Made by a program: the position numbers and the translations under genes. A stretch of 64,000 nt of DNA from Spirochaetota bacterium. GTDB taxonomy: Bacteria > Spirochaetota > UBA4802 > JAGODF01. Positions 9,128 through 19,212 of this stretch are shown here, piece by piece (position 1 is the stretch's first letter; the number at the start of each line of letters is the position of its first letter). The DNA lies in contig JAOAAF010000001.1 of NCBI GenBank assembly GCA_026419015.1, positions 28,283-92,282 of the forward strand, written 5' to 3'. A model generated the notes under the pieces. It saw nothing but the letters and a program-made list of their open reading frames with translations. It searched no databases and was not told the origin of the DNA.

Positions 9128-11131
9128 ATGTTTGAAATGCTGTTTCGTCCAATCGCTATTAACAAGACTGTTGTAAAAAACAGGATCGCATATCCTTCAT
9201 TGGGGCTTCTGTATTCGCTCGATGGAAAGCTAAACGATAGATATCGCAATTTTTATCGCGAGCGCGCGCGTGGTGGTGCGGGAATTGTCACAGTTGGTCC
9301 TGTGGGGTTTGATTTTGTTGGAAGCGGTCCTGTAGCATTGCAAATTGGAAGCGATGATGCAATCGATGATTTTAAAGAATTAACGAAGATGATTAAAGAT
9401 GAAGGTGCATGTGCGTGGATCCAGCTTTTTCATGCTGGAGCATATTCGTATTCAAAATTATTAGGAGGAATAGACCCAATTGCGCCATCAGCGGTCTATT
9501 CAAATTACAGCAAAACCATGCCTCGCGAAATGACTCTTGAAGATATTAAACAAGTGCAACAAGGATTTGTCGATGCCGCAGCACGCGCAAAGGAAGCAGG
9601 GTTTGATGGGGTGGAAATCATTGGATCTGCAGGGTATCTTATCACTCAATTCCTTTCACCCCTCACTAATAAGCGCACGGATGAATATGGGGGAAGCTTT
9701 GAAAATCGCACGCGCTTTCCTCGCGAAATCATCGAAATGATGCGAAAGCGCCTTGGACCCGATTATCCAATATCTATCCGCATGGCTGGCAACGATTTTG
9801 TCCCAGGAAGCAATACCGATGAAGACGCGCGAGCAATTGCGAAGGTTTATGAAAAGGCAGGGGTCGATTTGATTAATGTCACAGGGGGTTGGCATGAATC
9901 GCGCATTCCCCAACTACCAATGGAATTGCCACGAGGAGTGTATTCGTATTTAGCGCTTAACATTAAAAAAGCGGTAAACGTTCCGGTAATTGCATCGAAC
10001 AGAATATCAGATCCATACCTTGCTGAGCAGATAATAAAAGATGGCATCGCCGATATGGTGAATTTGGGAAGAGTGCTTATTGCAGATCCATACTGGCCAC
10101 AAAAAGCGAAAAGCGGTCGCGTCGATGAAATTATTCCATGCATTGCATGTTCCCAGGGCTGTACCGATCAGCTTTTCAGTGCAAAGCCGGTCTTTTGCCT
10201 TGCAAATCCGCGTGCGGGATACGAAGGCGAACGGATTGTGAAAAAGACGGCGACTCCCAAAAAGGTGATGGTAATCGGCGCTGGTCCTGGAGGGCTTCAA
10301 GCAGCAATTACCGCTGCGGAGATGGGTCATGAAGTATCGCTGTATGAAAAATCGAACGATATTGGCGGACAACTATGGATTGCCGCTGTTCCGCCCCATA
10401 AAGGGGAAATTTTGGAACTCATTCGCTATTTCGATACGATGATTGAAAAATACGATATTGATATTTATTTGGAAACAGAAGTCACAATCGATCTCATTAA
10501 AGAAGTGAATCCCGATTTTATCATTGCCGCAGAGGGCGCAGAGCCACTCATCCCGCCGATTGAAGGGATCGATGATCCAAAAGTAATAAGCGCATGGGAT
10601 GTATTGAAAAACGATCCACCGTTAGGGGAAAAAATTGCAGTGATTGGCGGTGGAGCCGTAGGGCTTGAAACTGCTGAATTTTTAGCACTCAAAGGGACTA
10701 TTTCTCCAGAGACGCTCTATTTTCTTTTTCGCTATGAAGCGGAAAGCGTCGATCGGCTCCGCGAGCTTATTACAAAGGGGACCAAGGAAGTCACCGTGTT
10801 TGAAATGCTTCCCAAAGTAGGTAAAGGAGTGGGAAAATCGACCAAATGGGTGCTTATGGGAAACATTGAAAGATTGAATGTGAATGTCATTACTAACGCC
10901 AGAGTAATTTCCGTGAAGGATGCGACGGTGAAATATGAAATTAATGGAAAAATCGAATCCGCTCAATTCGATAATGTTGTCAATGCGGTTGGTTCGCGTT
11001 CGGTGCGAAATGTTGCGGATAAACTGGATGGGGTAGGGATTCCTTTTAAAGTTATTGGCGATAGCGTCCGCCCTGCACAGATTCACGATGCAATTCATGA
11101 AGGATTTCTCGCAGCGCTTGAAATTGGGTAG
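9128..11131 (+). CDS. fadH: 2,4-dienoyl-CoA reductase (NADPH), FadH-like
   Basis: OYE barrel with GSAGYL (Tyr) and GWHES (His); CIACSQGC...C 4Fe-4S motif; two GxGxxG motifs; AAGGAG RBS before ATG 9128. Confidence 0.8.
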   Translation: MFEMLFRPIAINKTVVKNRIAYPSLGLLYSLDGKLNDRYRNFYRERARGGAGIVTVGPVGFDFVGSGPVALQIGSDDAIDDFKELTKMIKDEGACAWIQLFHAGAYSYSKLLGGIDPIAPSAVYSNYSKTMPREMTLEDIKQVQQGFVDAAARAKEAGFDGVEIIGSAGYLITQFLSPLTNKRTDEYGGSFENRTRFPREIIEMMRKRLGPDYPISIRMAGNDFVPGSNTDEDARAIAKVYEKAGVDLINVTGGWHESRIPQLPMELPRGVYSYLALNIKKAVNVPVIASNRISDPYLAEQIIKDGIADMVNLGRVLIADPYWPQKAKSGRVDEIIPCIACSQGCTDQLFSAKPVFCLANPRAGYEGERIVKKTATPKKVMVIGAGPGGLQAAITAAEMGHEVSLYEKSNDIGGQLWIAAVPPHKGEILELIRYFDTMIEKYDIDIYLETEVTIDLIKEVNPDFIIAAEGAEPLIPPIEGIDDPKVISAWDVLKNDPPLGEKIAVIGGGAVGLETAEFLALKGTISPETLYFLFRYEAESVDRLRELITKGTKEVTVFEMLPKVGKGVGKSTKWVLMGNIERLNVNVITNARVISVKDATVKYEINGKIESAQFDNVVNAVGSRSVRNVADKLDGVGIPFKVIGDSVRPAQIHDAIHEGFLAALEIG

Positions 11132-11140
11132 CGTTGCGTG

Positions 11141-11848
11141 TTAGCATTGTTTCTTTTTTTGCTCTAAGATAATTTCGGCGTCGGATTTTCGCGCATAGTA
11201 AGGAAGCGTGTTTTTGAAGTGTTGATAGCGTTCGGGGTGATGAAGATAAAGTTGCTGTGCGTAATGACAAGCGGGAATGCCGCTTGGAATGAAATTTTTG
11301 TGCAAAATGGCACGTGGGGCAAGTTCGTTAATTGTTTTTTCAAATCGATTAATTCCATCTCCAATGCACAATAATGGTGATTTGATGCACTGTTGCGCGA
11401 GCAGTTCGTGCAGGTAGTAATCGCCAGGTGGGACGATTATCTCAAAGGTATTAGAAAGTCGGTTTTTTTTATACAGAGCACCGAATACGCGTTCCTTTTT
11501 TGCATCGAATGCGACAAGAATATAATCGTCATTCGAAACGTCACACGCAAGTGCCCATATCAATTGGCTTTCAATGCCAACCAACGGTACCTTGAGTACC
11601 TGGGCGAGCATTCGTGCCGATGCTACCGCAATGCGCACCCCTGTAAAAGAACCTGGGCCAATACCCACACCGATGAGATTGATTTCGCGAATCGATATTT
11701 CGGCTCTTTTAAGCGCAGAGCGAATTCTTTCAAAGAGAGTAACAGAATGTGAAAGATTCACGTGCGTCGATAAATCGCACTGCGACGTGGGAGTAGTTAC
11801 TGCAATGACTTCAATGTTCGTCGCGGTATCAATCAGAAGGGTATTCAA
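11141..11848 (-). CDS. tsaB: tRNA t6A37 biosynthesis protein TsaB
   Basis: LLIDTAT, GPGSFTGVRI, DAKK; TTG start at 11848 with GGAG RBS overlapping the end of tsaE. Confidence 0.92.
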   Translation of the reverse strand: MNTLLIDTATNIEVIAVTTPTSQCDLSTHVNLSHSVTLFERIRSALKRAEISIREINLIGVGIGPGSFTGVRIAVASARMLAQVLKVPLVGIESQLIWALACDVSNDDYILVAFDAKKERVFGALYKKNRLSNTFEIIVPPGDYYLHELLAQQCIKSPLLCIGDGINRFEKTINELAPRAILHKNFIPSGIPACHYAQQLYLHHPERYQHFKNTLPYYARKSDAEIILEQKKKQC

Positions 11849-12260
11849 TGCGAATTCTCCGTGTAGTGTCATGCAAATGTTCAAAATAAATGTAAACAGT
11901 ATGTTGCGGTAATCGCGCTTTTGCGCGTTCTGCCCATTCGATTATTGAAATGCCATCGCCTTCCCAGAATTCCTCGAAATATAGGTTGTCGAGTTCCCGC
12001 GGATCGTTTATTCGATATAGGTCGAAGTGAAACAATGGAATATTGCCATCGTAAACTTCTAACAGCGTAAATGTAGGACTTGTGATTTCGTCGTCGATTC
12101 CTAACCCGCACGCGATGCCTTTTGCGAAAATTGTTTTTCCCGTTCCCAAATCGCCTACCAGAGCAAATACATCGCCCCTTTTTGCTTTCAGGCCAAGCGC
12201 TTTTCCAATCGCAAACGTTTCTTCTGGCGATTTTGAAATAATTTCCTCGACAACTTGCAT
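11829..12260 (-). CDS. tsaE: tRNA t6A37 ATPase TsaE
   Basis: GDLGTGKT, SPTFTL, HFDLYR, IIEW. Confidence 0.95.
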   Translation of the reverse strand: MQVVEEIISKSPEETFAIGKALGLKAKRGDVFALVGDLGTGKTIFAKGIACGLGIDDEITSPTFTLLEVYDGNIPLFHFDLYRINDPRELDNLYFEEFWEGDGISIIEWAERAKARLPQHTVYIYFEHLHDTTRRIRIEYPSD

Positions 12261-12364
12261 GTTTTTGTGTACATTATATTGTGTACGTAAAGCGCGATTA
12301 TCGTAATGAATGCGCATTTGGATGTAAATAAAAAAACTTTCATTTAATAGATAGGATTTTTTTA

Positions 12365-15274
12365 ATGGTTTTTCGCGTAACGCAAGTGAAACGGTTGTGG
12401 GCAATTGCATTCATTTCCCTCGCTCTCATATTGAGCCTTTCGGTGTATTTGGTGCATCGCTTTTTGTTGTTACCAGTGGTGGGTTTTGGCGTTTTAGGTG
12501 ATCAAAAAAGGCTCATATTAACACATATTGTAATTGCCGCAAGCATTTTGACCATCATTGCGGTAATCTATGGCATTTTCTATCTTCGATATCTCGCGCT
12601 ACGAAAGATGTACGAAAGCGATGTGCGATTTCGCCTTCTGTTTGAAAATTCGCACGTTCCAATATTTATTCGATCGCTCGATGGCGTGTTCGTCGATGTG
12701 AACAACGCAATGCTTGAGCTTTTTGGTTATGCGCGCACTGAAATGATCGGAATGTCGATCGATAATATCTATTGCAATCCCTCTGACAGGAGGACTGTGG
12801 AGCGTGAAGTTTTACAAAAGGGTTTTTTGCGAAACTTTGAAGTAGCGTTTAAAAAAAAAGATGGAACGGTGATGAATTGCATAATTGACGTCCAGGCGTG
12901 GAAAGATGAGAATGGCAACGTACAGGGCATTCAGGGGATTGTTCGCGATGTGACGAAGGAAAAACAGCTCCGCGAAGAGCTTGTGGCAAGCGAAGAACGA
13001 TATCGGCTTCTTTTTCAGCACGCTCCGGTTGGAATTTTCCATTACGATAAAAATGGCGTAATCGTCGATTGCAATGAGAAGTTTGTAAGCATTATTGGTT
13101 CAAGTCGCCAGGCGCTAGTGGGTTTGAATATGCCCGCACGCCTTCAGGATAAAAAGGTTCTTGAACAGGTGATGTTCGCACTTGAGGGGAAAATAGGGTA
13201 TTATGAGGGCATATATCGTTCTATTACTGCAGAGAAAGAAACGCCTGTGCGATTTCTCACAAAGGGAATATTTACTGATGGAGGTAAATTTTACGGTGCC
13301 ATAGGAATTGTGGAAGATTTGACAGAATCTATGGCATATCGGGAAGAGGGGCGAAAATCAGAGGAACGATTTCGTACGGTCTTTGAAAATGCCCCATTGG
13401 GGGTGATATTGACATCGCTCGATGGGGTGATTGTGGAAGCGAACAAAGCATTTGAAGAAATTACTAAATATCCCATTGCGCAGTTAATAGGAATGAACGT
13501 ACGGGATATTACCTATTCCGACAATTTTTCAGAAGAAAAAGAGATAATGGAAGATCTTGTCACAGGATTCATTCATCGCGCACAGATTGTGAAACGGTAT
13601 GTGCGAAAAGATGGGGAGGTCATTTGGGCTCGCATTACCGCATCCCTTCTCCACAACCGCGAAGGGAAAGGCGAATATGTGCTTTGTCTTGTGGAAGACA
13701 TCACTGAGCGGCGAAAGGCAAGGGAAGAACTTGCGCGTGAAAAGGAGCGCCTGGCAGTGACTCTTGCAAGCATTGGCGATGGCGTGATTACTACCGATAC
13801 AGAGGGAAAGGTGGTTCTCATAAATCGCGTTGCGGAAGAGCTTACAGGATGGAAGATGTCAGAGGCGCTTGGAAAACCGCTTGAAGAAGTTTTTGTAATT
13901 GTTAATGAACGAACGCGAAAGCCCTGCGAAAATCCCGTGCAAAAAGTTATCGAAAGCGGTGGCATCGTGGGCCTTGCAAACCACACGGTGCTCATCGCAA
14001 AGGATGGGACGGAACGGTTGATTGCTGACAGCGGAGCGCCCATCCGCGATGAATTGGGAAACATCCATGGGGTTGTGTTGGTCTTTCGCGATATCACTGA
14101 AATCGCAAAATTAGAAGAAGAGCTTCGAAAAGCACAAAAGCTTGAGTCCATCGGTACCTTGGCGGGTGGCATTGCGCACGATTTTAATAACCTCCTTACG
14201 TCGATTATGGGAAGCCTTTCGCTCATAAAAATGAAAATTGATAGTTCCAGCGAAGTGTACAATTTCTTACAGGATGCCGAACATGCGGCTCGGCAGGCGA
14301 AAGAGTTGACGCAACAGCTTCTTACCTTTTCGAAGGGAGGCGCGCCCGTAAAAAAGACAGTCCAGCTTTCTGGGCTATTACAGGACATTTGCAGTTTTTC
14401 AACCCGCGGTTCAAATGTCAAATGCGAGTATGAAATTGCGGGCGATCTGTGGCCGATCGATGTGGATATGGGGCAATTTAGCCAGGTGATTAACAACATG
14501 CTTATCAATGCATTGCAGGCAATGCCTCAGGGAGGAGTGGTAAAGGTGGTTGCAGAAAATTATGTGAAAGAAGAGGACAAGGGCGATATTCTTAAACAAA
14601 GCGATGGAAAGAAATCAATTCTTCCCGCAGGGCGATATGTGAAAATACAAATCATCGATCATGGGGTGGGAATCCCTTCGGATATCTTGCCGAAAATTTT
14701 CGATCCATATTTTACTACGAAGGAAAAAGGAAGCGGTCTTGGATTGGCCATCGCGTATTCGGTTATCGCGCGGCACGATGGGATGATTGACGTTGAGTCA
14801 GAAGTGGGGAAAGGCTCGTGTTTTTCGATCTATCTGCCTGCCTCCTCTTCTTCCGTTGTGAATGAGAATGCAAATATTGGCATTGCGCTCAAGGGAGAAG
14901 GAAATATCCTTTTGATGGACGATGATGAGAACATTTTACACGTTACGAGTAAAATGTTACGCCAGTTGGGATACCGCGTTGACATTGCGCGCAATGGCGA
15001 AGATGCTGTGGCAAAATTTTTGAAAGCAAAATCTGAAGGGAAAGGGTTTGATGTGGTTATTATGGATCTTACCGTTCCGGGTGGGATGGGGGGCAAGGAA
15101 TGCATCATGAAACTTAGAGAAATTGACCCAAACTTGAAAGCTCTCGTCTCAAGCGGTTATTCGAACGATCCAGTGATGTCGGATTTTGCAAGCTATGGAT
15201 TTAAGGGGATTTTGATGAAACCGTATCGCATTGAGGATTTGAGCGCGATATTGCAGAGAGTAATGAAAAGTTAA
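12365..15274 (+). CDS. Hybrid sensor histidine kinase (2 TM, 4 PAS, HisKA, HATPase, receiver)
   Basis: Four PAS/PAC repeats; LAGGIAHDFNNLL H-box; DHGVG and GSGLGL boxes; C-terminal MDDD...MDL...KP receiver. Confidence 0.95.
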   Translation: MVFRVTQVKRLWAIAFISLALILSLSVYLVHRFLLLPVVGFGVLGDQKRLILTHIVIAASILTIIAVIYGIFYLRYLALRKMYESDVRFRLLFENSHVPIFIRSLDGVFVDVNNAMLELFGYARTEMIGMSIDNIYCNPSDRRTVEREVLQKGFLRNFEVAFKKKDGTVMNCIIDVQAWKDENGNVQGIQGIVRDVTKEKQLREELVASEERYRLLFQHAPVGIFHYDKNGVIVDCNEKFVSIIGSSRQALVGLNMPARLQDKKVLEQVMFALEGKIGYYEGIYRSITAEKETPVRFLTKGIFTDGGKFYGAIGIVEDLTESMAYREEGRKSEERFRTVFENAPLGVILTSLDGVIVEANKAFEEITKYPIAQLIGMNVRDITYSDNFSEEKEIMEDLVTGFIHRAQIVKRYVRKDGEVIWARITASLLHNREGKGEYVLCLVEDITERRKAREELAREKERLAVTLASIGDGVITTDTEGKVVLINRVAEELTGWKMSEALGKPLEEVFVIVNERTRKPCENPVQKVIESGGIVGLANHTVLIAKDGTERLIADSGAPIRDELGNIHGVVLVFRDITEIAKLEEELRKAQKLESIGTLAGGIAHDFNNLLTSIMGSLSLIKMKIDSSSEVYNFLQDAEHAARQAKELTQQLLTFSKGGAPVKKTVQLSGLLQDICSFSTRGSNVKCEYEIAGDLWPIDVDMGQFSQVINNMLINALQAMPQGGVVKVVAENYVKEEDKGDILKQSDGKKSILPAGRYVKIQIIDHGVGIPSDILPKIFDPYFTTKEKGSGLGLAIAYSVIARHDGMIDVESEVGKGSCFSIYLPASSSSVVNENANIGIALKGEGNILLMDDDENILHVTSKMLRQLGYRVDIARNGEDAVAKFLKAKSEGKGFDVVIMDLTVPGGMGGKECIMKLREIDPNLKALVSSGYSNDPVMSDFASYGFKGILMKPYRIEDLSAILQRVMKS

Positions 15275-15573
15275 CCTACCAAAATTTCCTTTTGGCGATT
15301 CTTTTCGCGATGTTGGTGTTAGCAGTCGCAATGCATCCAATGGGATGGTGGGAGTGTTGCAATTGGTTGCATCGACGAAAAAAATTCTCGTGCGATTATT
15401 GAAATTTTTGTGAACGCAAAATCACATTAACGCGATTGGGAAAGTTGCGATAGTGGAAAAAGCCCTTTTTAAGTCGCTCAGTGTGGGAAATAATCACGAA
15501 TGCTTCGGGAATTTTTTTCTTAAAGGCAATCCCCAGTTAGTAAGCGCCACTTACCATATTTGAATGGTGCAGT

Positions 15574-17256
15574 ATGAAGAAGCCTTTGCACATTCCAATC
15601 ACTGCGGACGAAATGCGTTCGTTGGGATGGCGGGAAGTTGATGTGGTTATCATTACCGGCGATGCCTTTGTCGATCATCCTGCGTTTGGGGCTGCGGTGG
15701 TTGCGCGGACGCTTATAAATGAAGGTTTTACGGTGGGGGTAATTGCCCAGCCTGATTGGAAAAATCCGGCTTCCATCACAATATTTGGCAAGCCGCGGCT
15801 TTTTTTTGGCATTACCTCGGGAAATGTCGATTCAATGCTTGCGCGCTTTACCGCATTTAAAAAGGTTCGCAACGACGATCCATATTCTCCAGAAGGTATT
15901 GCCGGAAAACGCCCACAGCGCGCGGTCATCGTATATTCAAACTTGGTAAAATCGATGTACAAGGATGTTCCAATCGTGCTTGGTGGGATCGAAGCGAGCA
16001 TGAGGCGGCTTGCTCATTACGATTTTTGGGATAACGCTGTTCGCCGTTCAATTCTTCTCGATTCGCGGGCAGATATTATCGTCTATGGCATGGGGGAAGG
16101 AGCAATTGTGGAAATTGCACATCGAATGGCAAATGGCTGCTGGGAGGAAACTCCAAAAAGAATTCGCGGTACTGTTGAAATTACGCCGGTGTTGCCAGAT
16201 GGTTTTTTTCTTTTACCGCCGGAAGAAGAGGTTCTTTCGAATAAAAACGCATTTGCCAAAATGTATCGATATTTGTACCAACATCTCGACAAACCCCTTG
16301 CGCAGCCAACGGGTAATCGTTTTATTTTGCACAATCCCCCGTGGATCGTGAGTAAAAATGATCTCGAGAATCTCCATCGGCTCCCTTTTACGCGGGAAAT
16401 CCATCCTTCTTATGGGAAGGCGCGCATTCCCGCATTTGAAATGATTCGATGTTCAATAATTTCGCACAGAGGATGTGTTTCGGGATGTTCTTTCTGCTCG
16501 CTTTCGCTTCATCATGGGAAAAGAATTATCTCGCGCAGCGAGGATTCAATTTTTGAAGAAATTGAAAAAATAAGATCAAAGCCTTACTTTTGCGGACATA
16601 TCACCGACATTGGCGGGCCATCTGCGGACATGTATGGGTATAATTGCAAAGTGCAATGGCAATGCAATCGCGAAAGCTGCCTTTTCCCTTCGTTGTGTGC
16701 AAATTTAGAAAGGGACATCCCTCGATGGGTAACTCTTTTGGGAAACGCTGCTACCATGCGAAGTGTAAAACACGTCACCATTGGATCGGGAGTCCGATTC
16801 GATCTTTTTGCGAAAACAGACGAATCGGTAATAGAAACATTTGTCAGAAATCATGTGGGGGGACAACTAAAGATAGCTCCAGAACATACAAATGATTCAG
16901 TGCTTCGCGCGATGCGCAAATCGCATCTTTTCCCGCTCGATGAGTTTGCTGCGAAATTTTTTGCAATTACCAAAAAGGCCGGTATCCGGCGTTATTTGCT
17001 TCCGTATCTTATGTCGTGCCATCCAGGTTGTGGAATGGAAGAAATGAAGGCCATGCGAAAAACGATATGGGACATCTTTCATTTTATGCCGCAGCAAGTG
17101 CAGGCGTTTATTCCCTTGCCGATGACGTTGTCATCGGTCATTTATTGGAGCGGGCACGATCCGCTCAGCGGTGAGGAGTTTTTTGTAGAACGCTCGCAAA
17201 AGGGGAGAAGTGAGCAACATCGAGTTTTTATCTTGACACAGCGTGAAAAAAGGTAA
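15574..17256 (+). CDS. ygiQ: YgiQ family radical SAM protein (UPF0313)
   Basis: GDAFVDHP, GGIEASMRRLAHYDFW, HRGCVSGCSFC, GQLKIAPEH. Confidence 0.9.
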   Translation: MKKPLHIPITADEMRSLGWREVDVVIITGDAFVDHPAFGAAVVARTLINEGFTVGVIAQPDWKNPASITIFGKPRLFFGITSGNVDSMLARFTAFKKVRNDDPYSPEGIAGKRPQRAVIVYSNLVKSMYKDVPIVLGGIEASMRRLAHYDFWDNAVRRSILLDSRADIIVYGMGEGAIVEIAHRMANGCWEETPKRIRGTVEITPVLPDGFFLLPPEEEVLSNKNAFAKMYRYLYQHLDKPLAQPTGNRFILHNPPWIVSKNDLENLHRLPFTREIHPSYGKARIPAFEMIRCSIISHRGCVSGCSFCSLSLHHGKRIISRSEDSIFEEIEKIRSKPYFCGHITDIGGPSADMYGYNCKVQWQCNRESCLFPSLCANLERDIPRWVTLLGNAATMRSVKHVTIGSGVRFDLFAKTDESVIETFVRNHVGGQLKIAPEHTNDSVLRAMRKSHLFPLDEFAAKFFAITKKAGIRRYLLPYLMSCHPGCGMEEMKAMRKTIWDIFHFMPQQVQAFIPLPMTLSSVIYWSGHDPLSGEEFFVERSQKGRSEQHRVFILTQREKR

Positions 17257-17294
17257 GATGGCACGAAAAAATCAAATAAAAGGAGTAATGCAAT

Positions 17295-18554
17295 ATGTCC
17301 ATTGCAGATTCGATGTTGCAGAAAACGGATCCCGAAGTTTTCGGAGCGATTCAAGATGAAAATCGGCGACAGGAAGAAACGCTTATCTTAATTGCATCGG
17401 AAAATTATGTATCCAAGGCGGTACTTGAAGCTTCGGCGTGTACGATGACCAATAAATATGCAGAAGGGTATCCCGGGAAACGGTATTACAACGGATGCCA
17501 ATTTGTAGATGTGGCAGAAGCTCTTGCAATTGAACGAGTGAAAAAACTTTTTGGGGCAGAAGCTGCGAACGTGCAACCGCATAGCGGTGCACAAGCAAAT
17601 ATGGCCGTTGAGCTTGCTGTGCTTAAACCAGGAGATACCTTGATGGGAATGAACCTTGCACATGGAGGTCATCTAACCCATGGATCGCCAGTAAATTTTT
17701 CGGGCATTACCTATCGAGTCGTTTCGTATGGCGTCACAAAGGATACCCATCGCATCGATTACGATGAAGCATACCGGCTTGCGAAAGAGCACAAGCCGAA
17801 ACTCATCATCGTGGGAGCTTCGGCGTATCCGCGCATCATCGATTTTGCAAAATTTCGCGAAATTGCCGATGCTGCAAACGCGGTGCTGCTTGCCGATATT
17901 GCTCATATTGCGGGTTTGGTAGCAACTGGGCATCACCCATCCCCTGTTGGCATTGCGGATTATATCACGTTCACCACGCATAAAACGCTGCGTGGTCCGC
18001 GCGGTGGGGTAATATTGACCTCAAAGGAGCGCGAAGCGGAAATGAACAAATTCATCTTTCCGGGAATTCAGGGAGGCCCTCTTATGCATACAATTGCGGC
18101 AAAAGCAGTCGCGTTTGGAGAGGCTTTGCGCGATGATTTTAAGAGTTACTCTCAGCGCGTCATTGAAAACGCGCAGGCACTGGCAGAAGTTCTCCTTTCG
18201 AGAGGATTACAGCTCGTATCGGGAGGGACCGATAATCATCTGTTGCTTATTGATTTGCGAAATAAAAATCTGACAGGGCGCGATGTGGCAAATCGTTTAG
18301 ACGAAGCGGGAATTACCTGTAACAAAAACGGAGTTCCCTTTGACGATAAATCGCCGATGGTTACAAGCGGCATTCGCTTGGGAAGTCCCGCGCTTACTAC
18401 GCGAGGTTTTTGTGCGGATGAATTTAAGCAAATTGGACATCTCATTTGCGATATCATTGACAATATGGCAGATGATAACGTACTTGTTCGCGTCAAAGGA
18501 GAAGTGAAAGAGCTGTGTGCGGCGCATCCAACCGCGCATTTGCGATTAATATAA
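17295..18554 (+). CDS. glyA: Serine hydroxymethyltransferase
   Basis: [40 protein letters not shown]. Confidence 0.98.
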   Translation: MSIADSMLQKTDPEVFGAIQDENRRQEETLILIASENYVSKAVLEASACTMTNKYAEGYPGKRYYNGCQFVDVAEALAIERVKKLFGAEAANVQPHSGAQANMAVELAVLKPGDTLMGMNLAHGGHLTHGSPVNFSGITYRVVSYGVTKDTHRIDYDEAYRLAKEHKPKLIIVGASAYPRIIDFAKFREIADAANAVLLADIAHIAGLVATGHHPSPVGIADYITFTTHKTLRGPRGGVILTSKEREAEMNKFIFPGIQGGPLMHTIAAKAVAFGEALRDDFKSYSQRVIENAQALAEVLLSRGLQLVSGGTDNHLLLIDLRNKNLTGRDVANRLDEAGITCNKNGVPFDDKSPMVTSGIRLGSPALTTRGFCADEFKQIGHLICDIIDNMADDNVLVRVKGEVKELCAAHPTAHLRLI

Positions 18555-18926
18555 CTGTTGGGGCGATATTTTTTCAATTATCGCAAAACCAATCGCAATA
18601 TCGCCATCGTGGCTGATGCTAACGTGTAATTGCCCATAATTAATACCTGCTTTGAGAAGAATCTCTTTTGCAGTTGCAACATATGGTTTCCCTGATGCAT
18701 CGTTAAGAATTTCAATCTCAGCGAATGAGGTAGTACAATTAATTGCTTTGATGATCGCTTCTTTAATGGCAAAACGTCCGCCAATGTATTCGATTTGCCT
18801 TTTTTGGGGCATGCGCGCAATTTCTTGGGGAGAAAGAATACGCTTTAAAAATCGTTCGCCGTAGTTGTGATACATTTGTTCAATGCGATAAAGATGTACA
18901 ATATCGATTCCAATAGCAAAAATCAT
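18546..18926 (-). CDS. acpS: Holo-ACP synthase
   Basis: [24 protein letters not shown]. Confidence 0.93.
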   Translation of the reverse strand: MIFAIGIDIVHLYRIEQMYHNYGERFLKRILSPQEIARMPQKRQIEYIGGRFAIKEAIIKAINCTTSFAEIEILNDASGKPYVATAKEILLKAGINYGQLHVSISHDGDIAIGFAIIEKISPQQLY

Positions 18927-19212
18927 TTGGTTCGCTTCCTCTGATATTTTGTAATAGACTCGAATTAAAGAGAATGCTTTAACGGATGCAAGTATATTTT
19001 GTGCAAAACGTAAAATAATGCTCAATAGCCTTCCTATTGACCACTGTGGCCGCATTGGGGAAGGTAAATAGATTCATTGTATCGTTTTTTTGTATGAATG
19101 AGCTTTTTTTAAGAAAAAATATTTGCATTTCGGGACACAAAATTGATAGATAAATAAATTAGCTCGCAATCGTTTGCACATTCATTTCTTTCCAACGGAG
19201 TAAAGATCAGCT

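Noticed and set aside
13573..14508. 311-aa antisense ORF
   Set aside because: Ser-rich mirror of the histidine kinase coding strand
15275..15573. Possible ncRNA or riboswitch before ygiQ
   Set aside because: No recognisable Rfam motif or convincing structure by eye; a cmscan search would settle it
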